A DNA stretch of 64,000 bases from assembly GCF_036321535.1 (NCBI RefSeq), contig NC_087437.1, forward strand, positions 97,404,001 to 97,468,000, given 5' to 3'. The notes beneath the pieces were generated by a model. It did no database searches, was not told the origin of the DNA, and was given only the letters and a program-made list of their open reading frames with translations. The translations under genes and the position numbers were made by a program. The stretch comes from Camelus dromedarius. Its lineage: Eukaryota. Of this stretch, positions 52,865 to 64,000 are shown in pieces (the stretch's first letter is position 1; each line of letters begins with the position of its first letter).

Positions 52865-52915
52865 ATATATATATATACACACACACATATATATATACAT
52901 ATATATATAATATAT
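52865..52915. repeat. (TA)n/(CA)n microsatellite
   Basis: Directly visible. Confidence 0.9.
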
Positions 52916-53963
52916 AATTAAATTTTTCTACTCAGTAATAAAATAAATGATGAAAAGTAGATAGCCAGGCTATATATTTTTTTTCATTAGTCATATTTAC
53001 CATATGGTAAAGGCAGGAAGCCAAATACTTAATAACATCTAACACATGATGGATTCAAACATTATGATTTGTGCTTTTTAGTCACAAAGCAGTCTGACAA
53101 AAGAAAATCAAGAAAACCAAATGTTTGACTAAATTGTTTGTTAGAAACTCATCCATAATATTTTTATTTTGCCTTAAAGAACTGCCAAATCTTTGCAGAA
53201 AAGAAATTGGTCTAAAATTAGATATCGATCACAGAGAAGTGACATCACATCAGGAACACATGCAACTACAAAGCATTTATGTGGCCTTCAGGGAACTGAC
53301 TACAGGCAGCCACCACTTTTAACCCCATCTTTCATCAATAAGTTTATAGCTGTTAAAATATATGCACTTAATCAAATCTCAGTATCAAAAATGGATATGA
53401 CTGCCTATATGATGCATATGTCATTGTATACTGTTGGCCTCTTTAAGCCTCTGGTACTTAAAATAGTACCAGAATTCAGCCAGTTATGCATTACAAACAA
53501 TAATCATAGTTAACATTTGATTATTTACAGTAGCCACATGTACCATCAGCCTGTTACACTTATCAGTTTGTTTGAGCATCATCAGACTTATTATCCCCAT
53601 TTTTCTCAGAGTAGAATGAGGATTTAAAACTGGGGGTCTTGTTCCAGAGTCTGTCTCTTAACAACTGCAGTCACTGCCTCTTGGACAACACACTTTCACA
53701 GTTATAGCTCTGACAGCAAAAAACTGATGAAAGATTTCTCAAACACATAATGGCAAAACCAAAACCCAAATCCAGTCCTGCTCTCCTACTGGCCTTCCCT
53801 TAGGGAAATTCCTCAAAGTGGAAATATAGTACTACGTAAAAATGCAACTTGACTGTAATCCTTTAGGAACACTAAAAATTAAACAATAGTATTGTCTGAC
53901 TTCTAAACATTCGTGAAAGTCTAATTACAGTATGGGTAATTCATACCTCTAAAAAGAAGCTTG

Positions 53964-54299
53964 GTGGAATCTAAAAAAAGGACACAAATGAACTTATTTA
54001 CAAAACAGAAACAGACACACAGATGCAGAAAACAAACATGGTTACCAGTGGGGAAGGGAGTGGGAAGGGATAAATTGGGAGTTAGGGATTTGCAGACACT
54101 AACTACTACATATAAAACAGGTAAACAGCAAGGACCTACTGTACAGCACAGTGAACTATATTCAATAACCTACAATAGCCTATAATGAAAAAGAGTAAGA
54201 AAAGGAATATATATATACATATATATATAAAACAATCACTATGCTGTACACCAGAAATTAACACAATATTGTAAATTTACTCTATTTTAGTTTAAAAAA
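53964..54299 (+). mobile_element. 5'-truncated cetartiodactyl L1 3' UTR
   Basis: 'gtggaatctaaaaaaaggacacaaatgaacttatttacaaaacagaaacagac...gggataaattgggagt...caaggacctactgtacagcacag' plus an A-rich tail. Confidence 0.9.
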
Positions 54300-54879
54300 G
54301 GTTGAGCTGAGCATTGCTTCCTTCTTGATACATTTCCATGAACTAAACAGAAATTTCTAAAGCCTCTAGATCAAAAAGAAATACTGTTGCAGCCACTATA
54401 ACCACGAAGGGCTTCGTCTGCTGGGATCTGCTCAGCTCTGGCATCTCCATATCCTCCTGATTCTTTCCCTGCTCTTGCTGCTTCTCCTCCTCTTTGATCG
54501 TCTGCCTCGGTCAAGATGTAATGTGCTTATGGAAAACCCATAAACAGTGATTTGCTTGCCCATTTGCATCACTATAACTTAATAATTCTATTTCCACTGA
54601 CTTCTTTGGCAGGATCAAGACATCCGTGCAATTCTTCCATATACGGATAAACTATGTCATTTCATTTTTATGCTAACAAATACTGAGAAAGAATGAAGAC
54701 CTTAAACAAATTACATTGCAGATTATTACCCAGACTGTGACAGTGTGTGCAATGACAGGAAAGTGAGAGGGCAGAAATGAGGAGGAAAATGAGAAGAGGT
54801 GACATAGTTTTAAGAAATGTTTTTATAAAAATGGTTATAAACACCCACAAGGGGCAGCCGTATACATTTTTAAGAGGGA

Positions 54880-55075
54880 GGTTACAAACCCATTTTCATC
54901 TAATCACATTTAATACCCCTGCAAATCAGCATGGAAAGTAAAACAGATATTATTATCCACATTTGAAAAATGAAGGATCAGGGCACAAATATAACACATG
55001 AAATGTTAAAGCTAGTACACACCGTAAATGAGACCTAAATGCAGGCCTGCAACTCCTAAGGCTTAGCTCTTTCCC
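54880..55075 (-). mobile_element. MIR SINE
   Basis: 'cacatttaatacccc...tattatccacatttgaaaaatgaagga'. Confidence 0.5.
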
Positions 55076-56269
55076 CTGATTCATGCTGTATCTGGATGCC
55101 ACTCAACTTTAGACTCAAAATCAAATGAATAAAAGCTTGATAGAAATTTTTCCCACCACCCCCCAACTTCCATGAGTTACTACCCACAGCTTCCAGAGAT
55201 ACAAAAATGCTAAGATTATTTTGTGAAAGAGAAATATGGATAGGTGATTTTTTTAATTAACAGAGTACTAAAATTTGGTGGTTATCTTTTCCATAAGCAA
55301 AAACATTTAGAAATTTTTGATTATTTTGAAAAAATAGTTTATTGAATACAACATTTTACTTCACTTAGAAGAAATGTGAATTTCTACTCAGAGAAATAAA
55401 CAGAAATAAAAATTTCTTGAATTCTATTTCTAAAGAATTATATATAGGTAAATCTCTCTATATATAGACATAGATATATAGACATATATATACCTGTAGT
55501 TGTATTAATATATAAAATTTTATGGTGTAGTAGACTTCAATTTCACTTTTATATAAACTTACTGATTTTGTATTTTTGTAAAAAAGAAAAAAACAGGTAA
55601 CTAATCACAAACATGAAGACAAAATGCAGAATAGTCAATTCACTGGAGTCAGTATGAATTACTAACCAGACTGGTCCCCTTCATAGATTTCACCTGACCT
55701 GGATAATGTCTCAGTGGCCATCCATTTTAACATAATTTTATTTAATGAGAACATTGCAGTTAAGAGCCATGGGTTATATATTTTGGTGGGTTGTATATTT
55801 CTCTCATTTCTCTATTTCTAAATTAACAATTCATGAAAATTTATGTTACAAAGGTTTATCAGAATCTAGAAATTGCTATTTCTATCATGTGAAATATTTA
55901 AAAAGTCAGATTCCAAGGTTAGAAGGTCCTTTTTGCCTATTACATAGGGAAAATCACTTTTTTTTTTAAACCAGCTCTCCAAATAAAAACCTTGTGATTT
56001 CAAAGCCAGTTTTTCTCTTCCTCACAAGTTATCAAATCAAAGTACCTCAAATCATCTACCACAGGAATTGTATGACTACTTTGATTTTCAAATAAATAAA
56101 GAAATTTTGGAACAAAAGTGTGCTGTGGGAAGCGAAAATAAATTTTTGACATTTAAGCCACAGCTGTGTGACAAGGTCATTTTTACCAATTCAAAGATGC
56201 CCTAAAAATTACTACTTTTGAAAGCCAGCTTGTAACTGCAGATAATGCTCATCTCAGCAAGGAAATTGA

Positions 56270-56405
56270 TGGGCAGTGAGCGACCCTGATGAAAGCCATG
56301 GAACTTTTCCCAGTACAAATGGACGTAGATTCAACATTTTGCGTCTAATTTTGAGTCCTAGGGCTCAGCGTAAGTCTATCCATATTCCACAGGTTACGAA
56401 CCCTG
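56270..56405 (-). mobile_element. Charlie4z-like hAT DNA transposon
   Basis: 'ctgatgaaagccatgga...attttgcgtctaattt...atccat...caggttacgaaccctg'. Confidence 0.6.
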
Positions 56406-57134
56406 AAAAGGAAAATATGACTCCTCTTCAGTGTGGGGTGACTGAACTGTGAAGTAAATTAACTGCAAGTATGGCAATAAATAAGACCACCCAAGGAACT
56501 GTTCATTTCCTTTTCCATAATCTAAAGATCTCCAACATGCACATAAATGTTAAAAGTCCAATTGTGTCTAAAACCTATAATTAATTCATGTAGGGATGTA
56601 TAAACCAGTCTGAGTAAAATGGCTTTACCTTAGTTTCTTTTTATATATCTGATTGAAATGAGCCCAAGAGCTTAGTGATAAGCACAAATCTATTTTTGTA
56701 CATTTTTAGAGACAAGTTCTTCTAAAATCTGATGAATTCTTCCCTTTTGCTGTAATATATTCATAAATGAAGGTTCATGAAATTCATAAATAGCTAAAGC
56801 ACTTCAAATATTGAGGTCTATCATTTTATTCTTAAGATCGGTAACACATTCCTCCCTCCGCTTTCTATTTATAGGTGATTAGAAATGTCTTTCTGAGGCT
56901 AGAATAGTTGTGTGTGTTAGTGTTAATAATTGCCTCTACTTCCCCAGCATTCAATGATTCTAACTCCTTGCATCCCAGCAACATTTTCCACTTCTCTACA
57001 GAACATGTTTTCTCAAAAGATGCCAGTGATACCACTATCCCTACATCCAAATATCTGTGCTCAGTCTCCATTTTGTTCAGCTTTAGAATCATATACTTTT
57101 AGGAATTTGGGATCTAGAATCACAGGAAACAAGA

Positions 57135-57345
57135 TTTTTTTTTTTAACTGAAGTATAGCCAGTTACAATGTGTCAATTTCTGGTGTACAGCCTAATGTCC
57201 TGGTCGTGCATATATATACAAATATTCATTTTCATATTCTTTTCATTAAAGGTTATTACAAGAGATTGAATATAGTTCCCTCTGCTATACAGAAGAAATT
57301 TGTTTTTTTATCTATTTTTATATATAGTGGTTAACATTTCATTTT
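57135..57345 (-). mobile_element. Short camelid-type L1 3' end
   Basis: Poly-T then 'ctgaagtatagccagttacaatgtgtcaatttctggtgtacag...tgaatatagttccctctgctatacagaagaaatttg'. Confidence 0.85.
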
Positions 57346-57459
57346 AATCTCAACTCTTTCTTTTATCAACTTCAGATAATAACAGGTTCTTTTGAAGATT
57401 AAATGAAACAATGCACATGGAAAATGATAACAATGTAAGATGATGATAAATCATTTCTT

Positions 57460-59120
57460 TCTTGAAGTGTCTTGTATTTTTTTTGACAGAGGATTATTCC
57501 AATTATGTTCTTTCTCTAGCCATTCTTTCTCCATCTCTTCTTTTTTCTACCATTCCTCAATGTTCAAATTTCTCAGAGTCGGTCTTTTAGCTGTCTCTTC
57601 ATCCTACATTCTATATCATTCTTCCTTGATGACCTCCCTTATTTACATGGATTTAAATATAATCCTGAACTAACGACCACCAAATCTATATTATGAGCCC
57701 TCGATGATCACTCCTGAAATCAAATCTTGCATTTCTTGCCTGTAATTTCTCCACAGATGTCCCACAACATCCTCTGCTCCACATATTTAAAAACAGGATT
57801 CACACTTCCTCACTGTGCTCTTCCCTTATTTAGTTAATGGCATCTGTACAGTCTAATTGAATCTTTGCCCTCATCTCTACCTTCAATTAGCTGTCAAATT
57901 CCATGGGTTCTATCCTCCCAGTTACTCCAGTGTGGCACTCCTGAGATCTCAAACGACCCCTAACTACTCTCTCTGCCTGTGGCCTCTTCTGCCACATCCA
58001 ATTCATCTTCTATTTTAACTGTATTAATCCTGTTAAATCACAGTTAACAATGTGATTGCTGGTTTTGGGGGCTAGGTTTCATTGCATTCTGTAATTCAGG
58101 CAATATTTATGGAGTGCTTATGCTATGCCTTGTGTTAGGAACTCTATCACATGCTGCTTGACTCTTTTCATTGCTTCTTTTCTGGACATTTTGCTGAAAC
58201 AATTTATTATTCCACTTGTATTTTTTGTTTGATCCCTTCAGGTACCAAGCTGTGAATGCCTTTCCTGTTTAGGTATTAAGCTTAAGACTCCTGACCTTCT
58301 CATTCATTTAACCAACATATATTAGTACCTACTATAAAACATGTACACTTTTAGGGGCTGAGGAGACAAAATGTATAATGTCCCTGCCTTCAGAGTACTT
58401 ACATTCTATTTGAGTGTAATTCTACTTTTATCTTTCCAGGAAAACTTATACTGGACAAAGCTGTTCTCCCTTAACTCCCATCCCAAACCAACCTTGAGAT
58501 TCTTCAATTAGACATTTCTGATTTCTGTACTGGACTCAGATACCACTTAGTTCTAAATATCTAATATATCCTCCAGCTTATCTCATAAAGCCTACATAAT
58601 ATGTCTTAAGTTCTAAAGTTAGACATAATTGGATATAATTCCACTTGCTTTCCAAATTATCTTCTACTCATTCTCTATCCCTATCTTATGTTTTTACTGA
58701 ACCTTATTACTTGTCTTTTCCCAGTTTTTTACACAGTTACCTGTGATTCGAATGTCTTTTCTTCTGAGATCTACTGTCAAAATTATATACATTTTTAAGG
58801 GCCAAAATGGCTATCACTTACTTTATTATTTCATGATTAGTAAAGCCAGAAGGAACTCTTTTAATGTCTGAAATATATATATTTAGGTCTTAGCAATTTT
58901 CTAAGTTAAATTTGAATGTTTAATATTTTGTTTGTTAACAGTCTTAGTTAGCTCTCCCATTAAAATATAATCGCTCTTATTACTGTTTCTCTTATAATAC
59001 ATCTCACAGAGTCTTTGCACAAAGACAAATGTGCATTTTTGTGATATTATAATCAAAATATTACTTTGTTGACCTTTGTCTCCTTCTCCCATCCCCGAAG
59101 GAGAACCAGCATCTAGGTGT
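57460..59120 (+). mobile_element. Fragmented L2 cluster, mixed orientation
   Basis: Pyrimidine-rich L2 motifs: 'atggatttaaatataatc', 'ccaaatctata', 'cagatgtcccaca', 'ttagttaatggca'. Confidence 0.55.
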
Positions 59121-59349
59121 ACTGAAACATAATAGGAAAAACAACAAAATTATGAAGTGAAAGATATAAGTATTCTCCTTAGGAATCCACTAATTAGCTC
59201 TGTAACTTTGGACAGATTTTCAACATGTAGAATTAGGGAGGAAGACATCCTATTAAGAAGGAAATCTCAGGAAAGACACAGGTAGTTACTGACAGGATGT
59301 GCATGATGTAGAAGTTTAGAGGGTGAGCTACACAGTGACAGAAAGCATT

Positions 59350-59505
59350 TGCGCCTTAATTTGACTGCTCACCAATTCACCATTTGGGGCTTACTTCCAC
59401 ATCAGTAAAATGAAGATAATAACAAGGTGGCTTTAGGATTAAATTAGTTAATACAAACAAAGCAAACAAAATAGTGCCTGGAATGAAGAAATCCAGCTAT
59501 TATTA
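59350..59505 (+). mobile_element. MIR SINE
   Basis: 'cacatcagtaaaatgaagataataac...ggattaaattagttaatac...aatagtgcctgg'. Confidence 0.7.
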
Positions 59506-61920
59506 CCCTTAAACTTTATTTACTTTTTTACCCACAAAACTGGAACTAGTGTAGTTGATCTGAATTAGTCTGAATTATTGATTCAGCTCGTATATTTCAA
59601 TGCAGTAACAGAAAGGCAGGATTAGGTTATTCCAAATATTTTCTGTTTAAGCATGTCATAATTTCTCTATGTAAATACACTGCAGCTTTTACTTCTGTTC
59701 CCCCAAACAGGACTCTTTTTGGAGGATTACTTTTATTTGATTACTGAATGTCAGTTGATAGAGTCAAAAGCTGCCTGATCAAGGCACAATAAAATATAGC
59801 TCACATTCATTATTATTAGAAGGAAGAAGCCAAAATGATGCAGTAAGTCAGCTATTCATGTCAGTTCTATTGCTCAAATAAATTAGAATGAAATTTAATA
59901 AGACAGGCATCTAGCATGTTATTCTTTAATAACCACGAAAAAGAATCAATGATGGTTGTTTTATAACGAGCTCTTAAGCCTTGGATACACATCTAACTGA
60001 TGTTTGGAAGAACACAGCCATTTCCATTAGTTCTAATGTGAGTTTGGAAACAAACTTCTCAATGTTCACATGATATTTTTCTTGTTAAATTTAACAGAGT
60101 GGTAATAAACAATATTGGTTCTTCCATGCAGAAAATGCTTCAGGGACTGTTTATCTTTTATAACTATATTATTTCAAGAAGTGTCCTAAAGTTTTTATAA
60201 ATGCTTTATACTTTACAGTTGCTGAAGGCTGGAAGGCTTCCTGAGAGTTCATCGCTCTGCCTTAAGGCAGAGTGAACCTAACCCTCCTAGAGGAAAAAGA
60301 TGAAGAATTTAAGAATCGGATGATCCCTTGGAAGGACCACCCTCCTCGACCCCGTAACCCCCAAGCCAAGCCCAACTCAATAAGGCTATGCACACAGGAA
60401 TAAAGCTACTTTAATTTTTTTTTTTTTCTATTGAGGCATAGAAAGAGTCAGATGCAACAGTTCAAAGCAGAAAACAATCTTCAATAGAAAAAGCTAGTCT
60501 CAATATTTTAATTCCTGTTATCATCATTACTAAATCCAGTTATTATTTTTCAATGATTATTATCTTCTTAGGTGTAAATATTTATATATTTTGCATTAGT
60601 AGATACTCCTTTGAGCAGAGTGCTGTCCCTCAAATTTATCACTTTAACAAAAAAGGAAACCACTGCTTAGGAAGAAGGAAAGACAAAAGCTTAAAAATGC
60701 ATCTCAAAAGCATATTGTAGTCAACCATAAGAGTTCATAGTAAATGATGATATCTAAAGGAATGCTTGGATGTGGAAACCCAATGAGAAAAGAACTGTTT
60801 CCTATTAGCTTTAACAGCAGGGTTTGTTATCATTTAAATACACGCTCTAATACACTTAGTGTTTTGTGCTACATTTAACAAGATTAAGTGAACACACACT
60901 GTTTCAACTCAAATCTTTATCGGAAATCAGAGGCAAGCCTCATTTCTTACCAAAACATTCTCTTGTGGCTCATTCTTAGAGCAAATTCCACATAAGTAAA
61001 TCTGTTTTCCCAGGTGGACCACTGGTCAATTAAAGGATTTTCTTTTCAGGTAACTCTTCTCTTTACTGAACTTTGAAAACTTTATCAGAAACTTCTAAAA
61101 AATAGATGTATTTGAGAAGTGCTATAAAAGACCATCATTTGTAATAAAATAAAAATGACATTGAACATAGCAAAGCATTAAGAAAATCAGAAGGACTAGG
61201 GCTCAGAATTCTTTCATGATTTCATTATAATGCTACAAATAATCAGATTCTGAGGACAAGGAGTAAATACTAGATAGCCTCCCTAACAAACAAACAAACA
61301 AAAACATGTCTCATTGTCTCATGCATTAATTTTTCCTCTTTGAAAAAGTCTGAACTGCTTAAAGTGAGCTTCAAGGAATTTTACAAAAGACATTCCTCGA
61401 TCCTAACTTTTAGATAATCTTATTGAAAATTCTAACCTGCCATGTCATCCCATATATGAAATTCTCTTTTAAAGTACAATATATTTCTAGTTTCTTATAT
61501 TTTATGTTATATTATAAGATGTTTTTCCTTACATTTACATGATGAGCCAAAGTATGCATATTTTAAATCTAGATCAGTATGTTCCTATAGTTCATAAAGT
61601 ATTTTTACATTTTATTCTTTTAGCTCAAGTTCAATAGATGTTTAAAGCTCCTATTTTTTCTTAAATTTTCCACATTTGTAAGTGACAAAATATGACTGTA
61701 TGGTACATGAAATAAATGCTTTGATACACTTCCTTTTGTCTTGCAGGTAGTTTAAAAATCTATAATTATTTGGGCATCACATCTGTTAATGAATCTTTTG
61801 GTATTTTCAATTGATTATAGTTCTCTGTAAAAGACTAAAACCCTATCTACTCTTTATCAGTTTATTAGTTAACTACAGTCAATGATCGATCATATGATCT
61901 CAAGGTCGTAGTTATACTTT

Positions 61921-62579
61921 TGAGACAGAAAGGAAGGGGGCAGAGCACAGCCATTCAAGGAATGACACAGCAATTAACACCAAAATGGTGGAAGATTCAA
62001 CTCCCAGTAGACACTGAGCCCCAAGATGGTGGGAGACTTGACTTCCAGTAGACCTTGAGCTTCATAAGCTCATTGTAATATATTAACATGGTAAATGACA
62101 CTCCCAAAGGCACCATGACCGCTTCAAGGCTGACCATAAAAAGTCAAAGAGTAGGCAGTGGCCCAATTCCTGGGAATCCTAGCCTCTTCCCCAGGGTAGC
62201 TGGAATGGTCCTCCCACTTGTCAGTATATGAAACTACTGAGCCCATAAAACCCGGCAACGCTGTGCCTCATGGCTGTCTCTCTTGCTCCCTTGTCTCTGT
62301 AGACAGCGCACACTCTATGGAGTGTATATCTACTTTCTCTTTAACCTGAGCACCCAGCCCTTACACCTCGTGGCCTTTCTCTCGCTGTCTGAAGCAGCCT
62401 ACAATCTACAGAGTATGTATCTCTCTAAGTAAATCTGTCTTTACTCAACTGTGGCTCACTCTTGAATTCTTTCCTGTGCAAAGCCAAGGACCCACACTTC
62501 GCGGTGCACGTCCCAGGGGCTCAACCGAGACCTGAGACAAGGCCCTCCTCTCACCCCACATTCATTTTTTTCTGTATCA
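61921..62579 (+). mobile_element. MER41-like ERV1 solo LTR, copy 2
   Basis: 'tgagacag' start, 'cccataaaa' TATA-like, AGTAAA, U5 'ttgaattctttcctgtgcaaagccaaggaccc' and a '...tatca' end; aligns by eye to 25032-25507. Confidence 0.85.
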
Positions 62580-62799
62580 TTGTGAAGAGAAAGATAGAAA
62601 AAAATGCATCTGTGACATCATTTTCTTTTAGGCTAACTGTTCTACTGTAAAGGGCATCTTCTTTAAAGACAAGTGGTAATCAAATTCTATCCCTCCCATT
62701 TACTTACTTGACCTGGGCTAAGTTACTGTCTTTCGAGCTCATAGGTCAATAGAAGCTTCGATCATTGCCTTGTCAAGAATATTAAAAGGTTGATCATTC

Positions 62800-63172
62800 A
62801 TTAAAATCTATATCTCATTTGCCTGAGCAAACAGGTGGATCACATCACTCTGCCCCTGCATGTGACTGTGTTCTGGTCAATGAGATGTGAGGAGAAAGGA
62901 AGTGTGTCCTATGAAACCTGCTCCACACACTCCTTCTTGCTCCATTGCCCTCCCTACCCACCTGAGGGGGAACTCCAGGGAGACCTCGGTAGTCAGAGGT
63001 CAGAGATGGCAGACCCCACCAGCCCCTTGGGTTCTGAGTGACTGTGATCAAAGCCCTCCTGTTGCTGTGGCGTGGCTGACGATTGCCACGTGGTCAACAA
63101 TCAATTTTCTTCATACAATTGAAACACTGTATGCTCAGATCTTTTTGTTGTAACAGGTTAAGTCTATGCTAA
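62800..63172 (+). mobile_element. MLT1 (I/J-like) LTR
   Basis: 'catgtgactgtgttctggtcaatgagatgtgag...gggttctgagtgactgtga'. Confidence 0.65.
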
Positions 63173-63244
63173 TTGCTTTCACATGAATTTTGGAGGCCAC
63201 TTAGGATACTTCTCAAAAATAAGTAGGTTTAATAGTTTTTTTTT

Positions 63245-63705
63245 TTATTAGTTTTCAATCTCTATGTAAGAAGTTACTACAAACTCAGCTGCTTAAATGA
63301 AAACATATGAATTATCTTACAAGTTTTCTTGTGTCAGAAGTCCAAGCATGCTTTCATGGGGTCCTTAATCACAGTGTCACAATCATTAGCTAGGGCGGAG
63401 GTCTCCCTGAAGCTTATCATTTTTTTTGCAGCTGAAAAACATGACTGCTTGCTTCTTCAACAAGAGAGATTCTCTAATCTCCAGATCCTTAACTGATTAG
63501 GTCAGGCCTACCCAAGATAATCTCTTAACCCAAAATCTATTGATAAAGCAATCTGAATCCCATCTGCAAAATCACCTCACCTTTTTCACACAACATAACA
63601 TAATCATAGGAGTGATATGCCACCTCCTTTGCCGTATTCTGTTGGCTAGAAGCACCCATAGGCTCCACTCACTCTCAAGGTGGGGGTCACCCTTGAGTAT
63701 CTCTG
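63245..63705 (-). mobile_element. MLT1E-like LTR
   Basis: 'ttactacaaactcagctgcttaaa...gtcagaagtccaag...tgattaggtcaggcctacccaagataatctc...ttctgttggctagaagca'. Confidence 0.8.
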
Positions 63706-64000
63706 TTACAGTTTTCTATTCTGACAATGGTGATCAATGGACAGAGAAAGTATTGCCACTTGAAAATGAGAGACAACGAGAGGAAAGCACCATGACAAGT
63801 TTCCAGTGTCTCTCGGTGCCTTTTGTTAGGTTTTACCGAAAGGACTGGGCTGTGAAAAACAGCTCTGAAACATTTCAGGTCTGAAAAACTTGACAGCAAA
63901 ACTGCAGCAACTTCTGTAGCAGGAGAAATTAGAACTACTTTTAGAGAACTAGAGAAACTGCATAAATGCCACAAACAAGTAACATGAAATAGCAAACATA

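Noticed and set aside
52456..52884. 142-aa ORF
   Set aside because: Starts in a microsatellite and runs through a MER21-like LTR
53961..54185. 74-aa ORF
   Set aside because: Spurious translation of an L1 3' UTR
25032..62579. Two related LTRs as the ends of one provirus
   Set aside because: Opposite orientation, 37 kb apart, copy 1 has its own target-site duplication, and no gag/pol/env was seen
1..64000. CRISPR array, operon, tRNA/rRNA/snRNA genes, CpG-island promoter
   Set aside because: No regularly spaced repeats, recognisable RNA gene sequence or CpG island; the sequence is mammalian non-coding DNA

Overview
This is AT-rich, CpG-poor, non-coding mammalian genomic DNA (intergenic or a large intron). 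The short, fairly recent L1 3'-end copies resemble cetartiodactyl L1s. I recognised no ruminant, cetacean or pig SINEs, so a camelid is my best guess. I recognise no protein-coding gene, RNA gene or CRISPR array, and the longer ORFs in the track are chance or read through decayed L1, L2 and LTR sequence. The window is dominated by ancient repeats (MIR, L2, old L1, MLT1/MLT2, LTR33, MER20, Charlie4z-like, MER2/Tigger-like), several solo ERV LTRs and microsatellites. These are separated by repeat-free blocks that may be regulatory. The most notable items are two inverted MER41-like solo LTRs carrying STAT (GAS) motifs, a nested transposon stack at 6.5-8.2 kb, a near-perfect hairpin at the edge of a MER21-like LTR, a CTCF-like site and a few weak exon candidates. 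I found no evidence for a new multi-gene system. Repeat family names come from remembered consensus sequences, and most boundaries are approximate.
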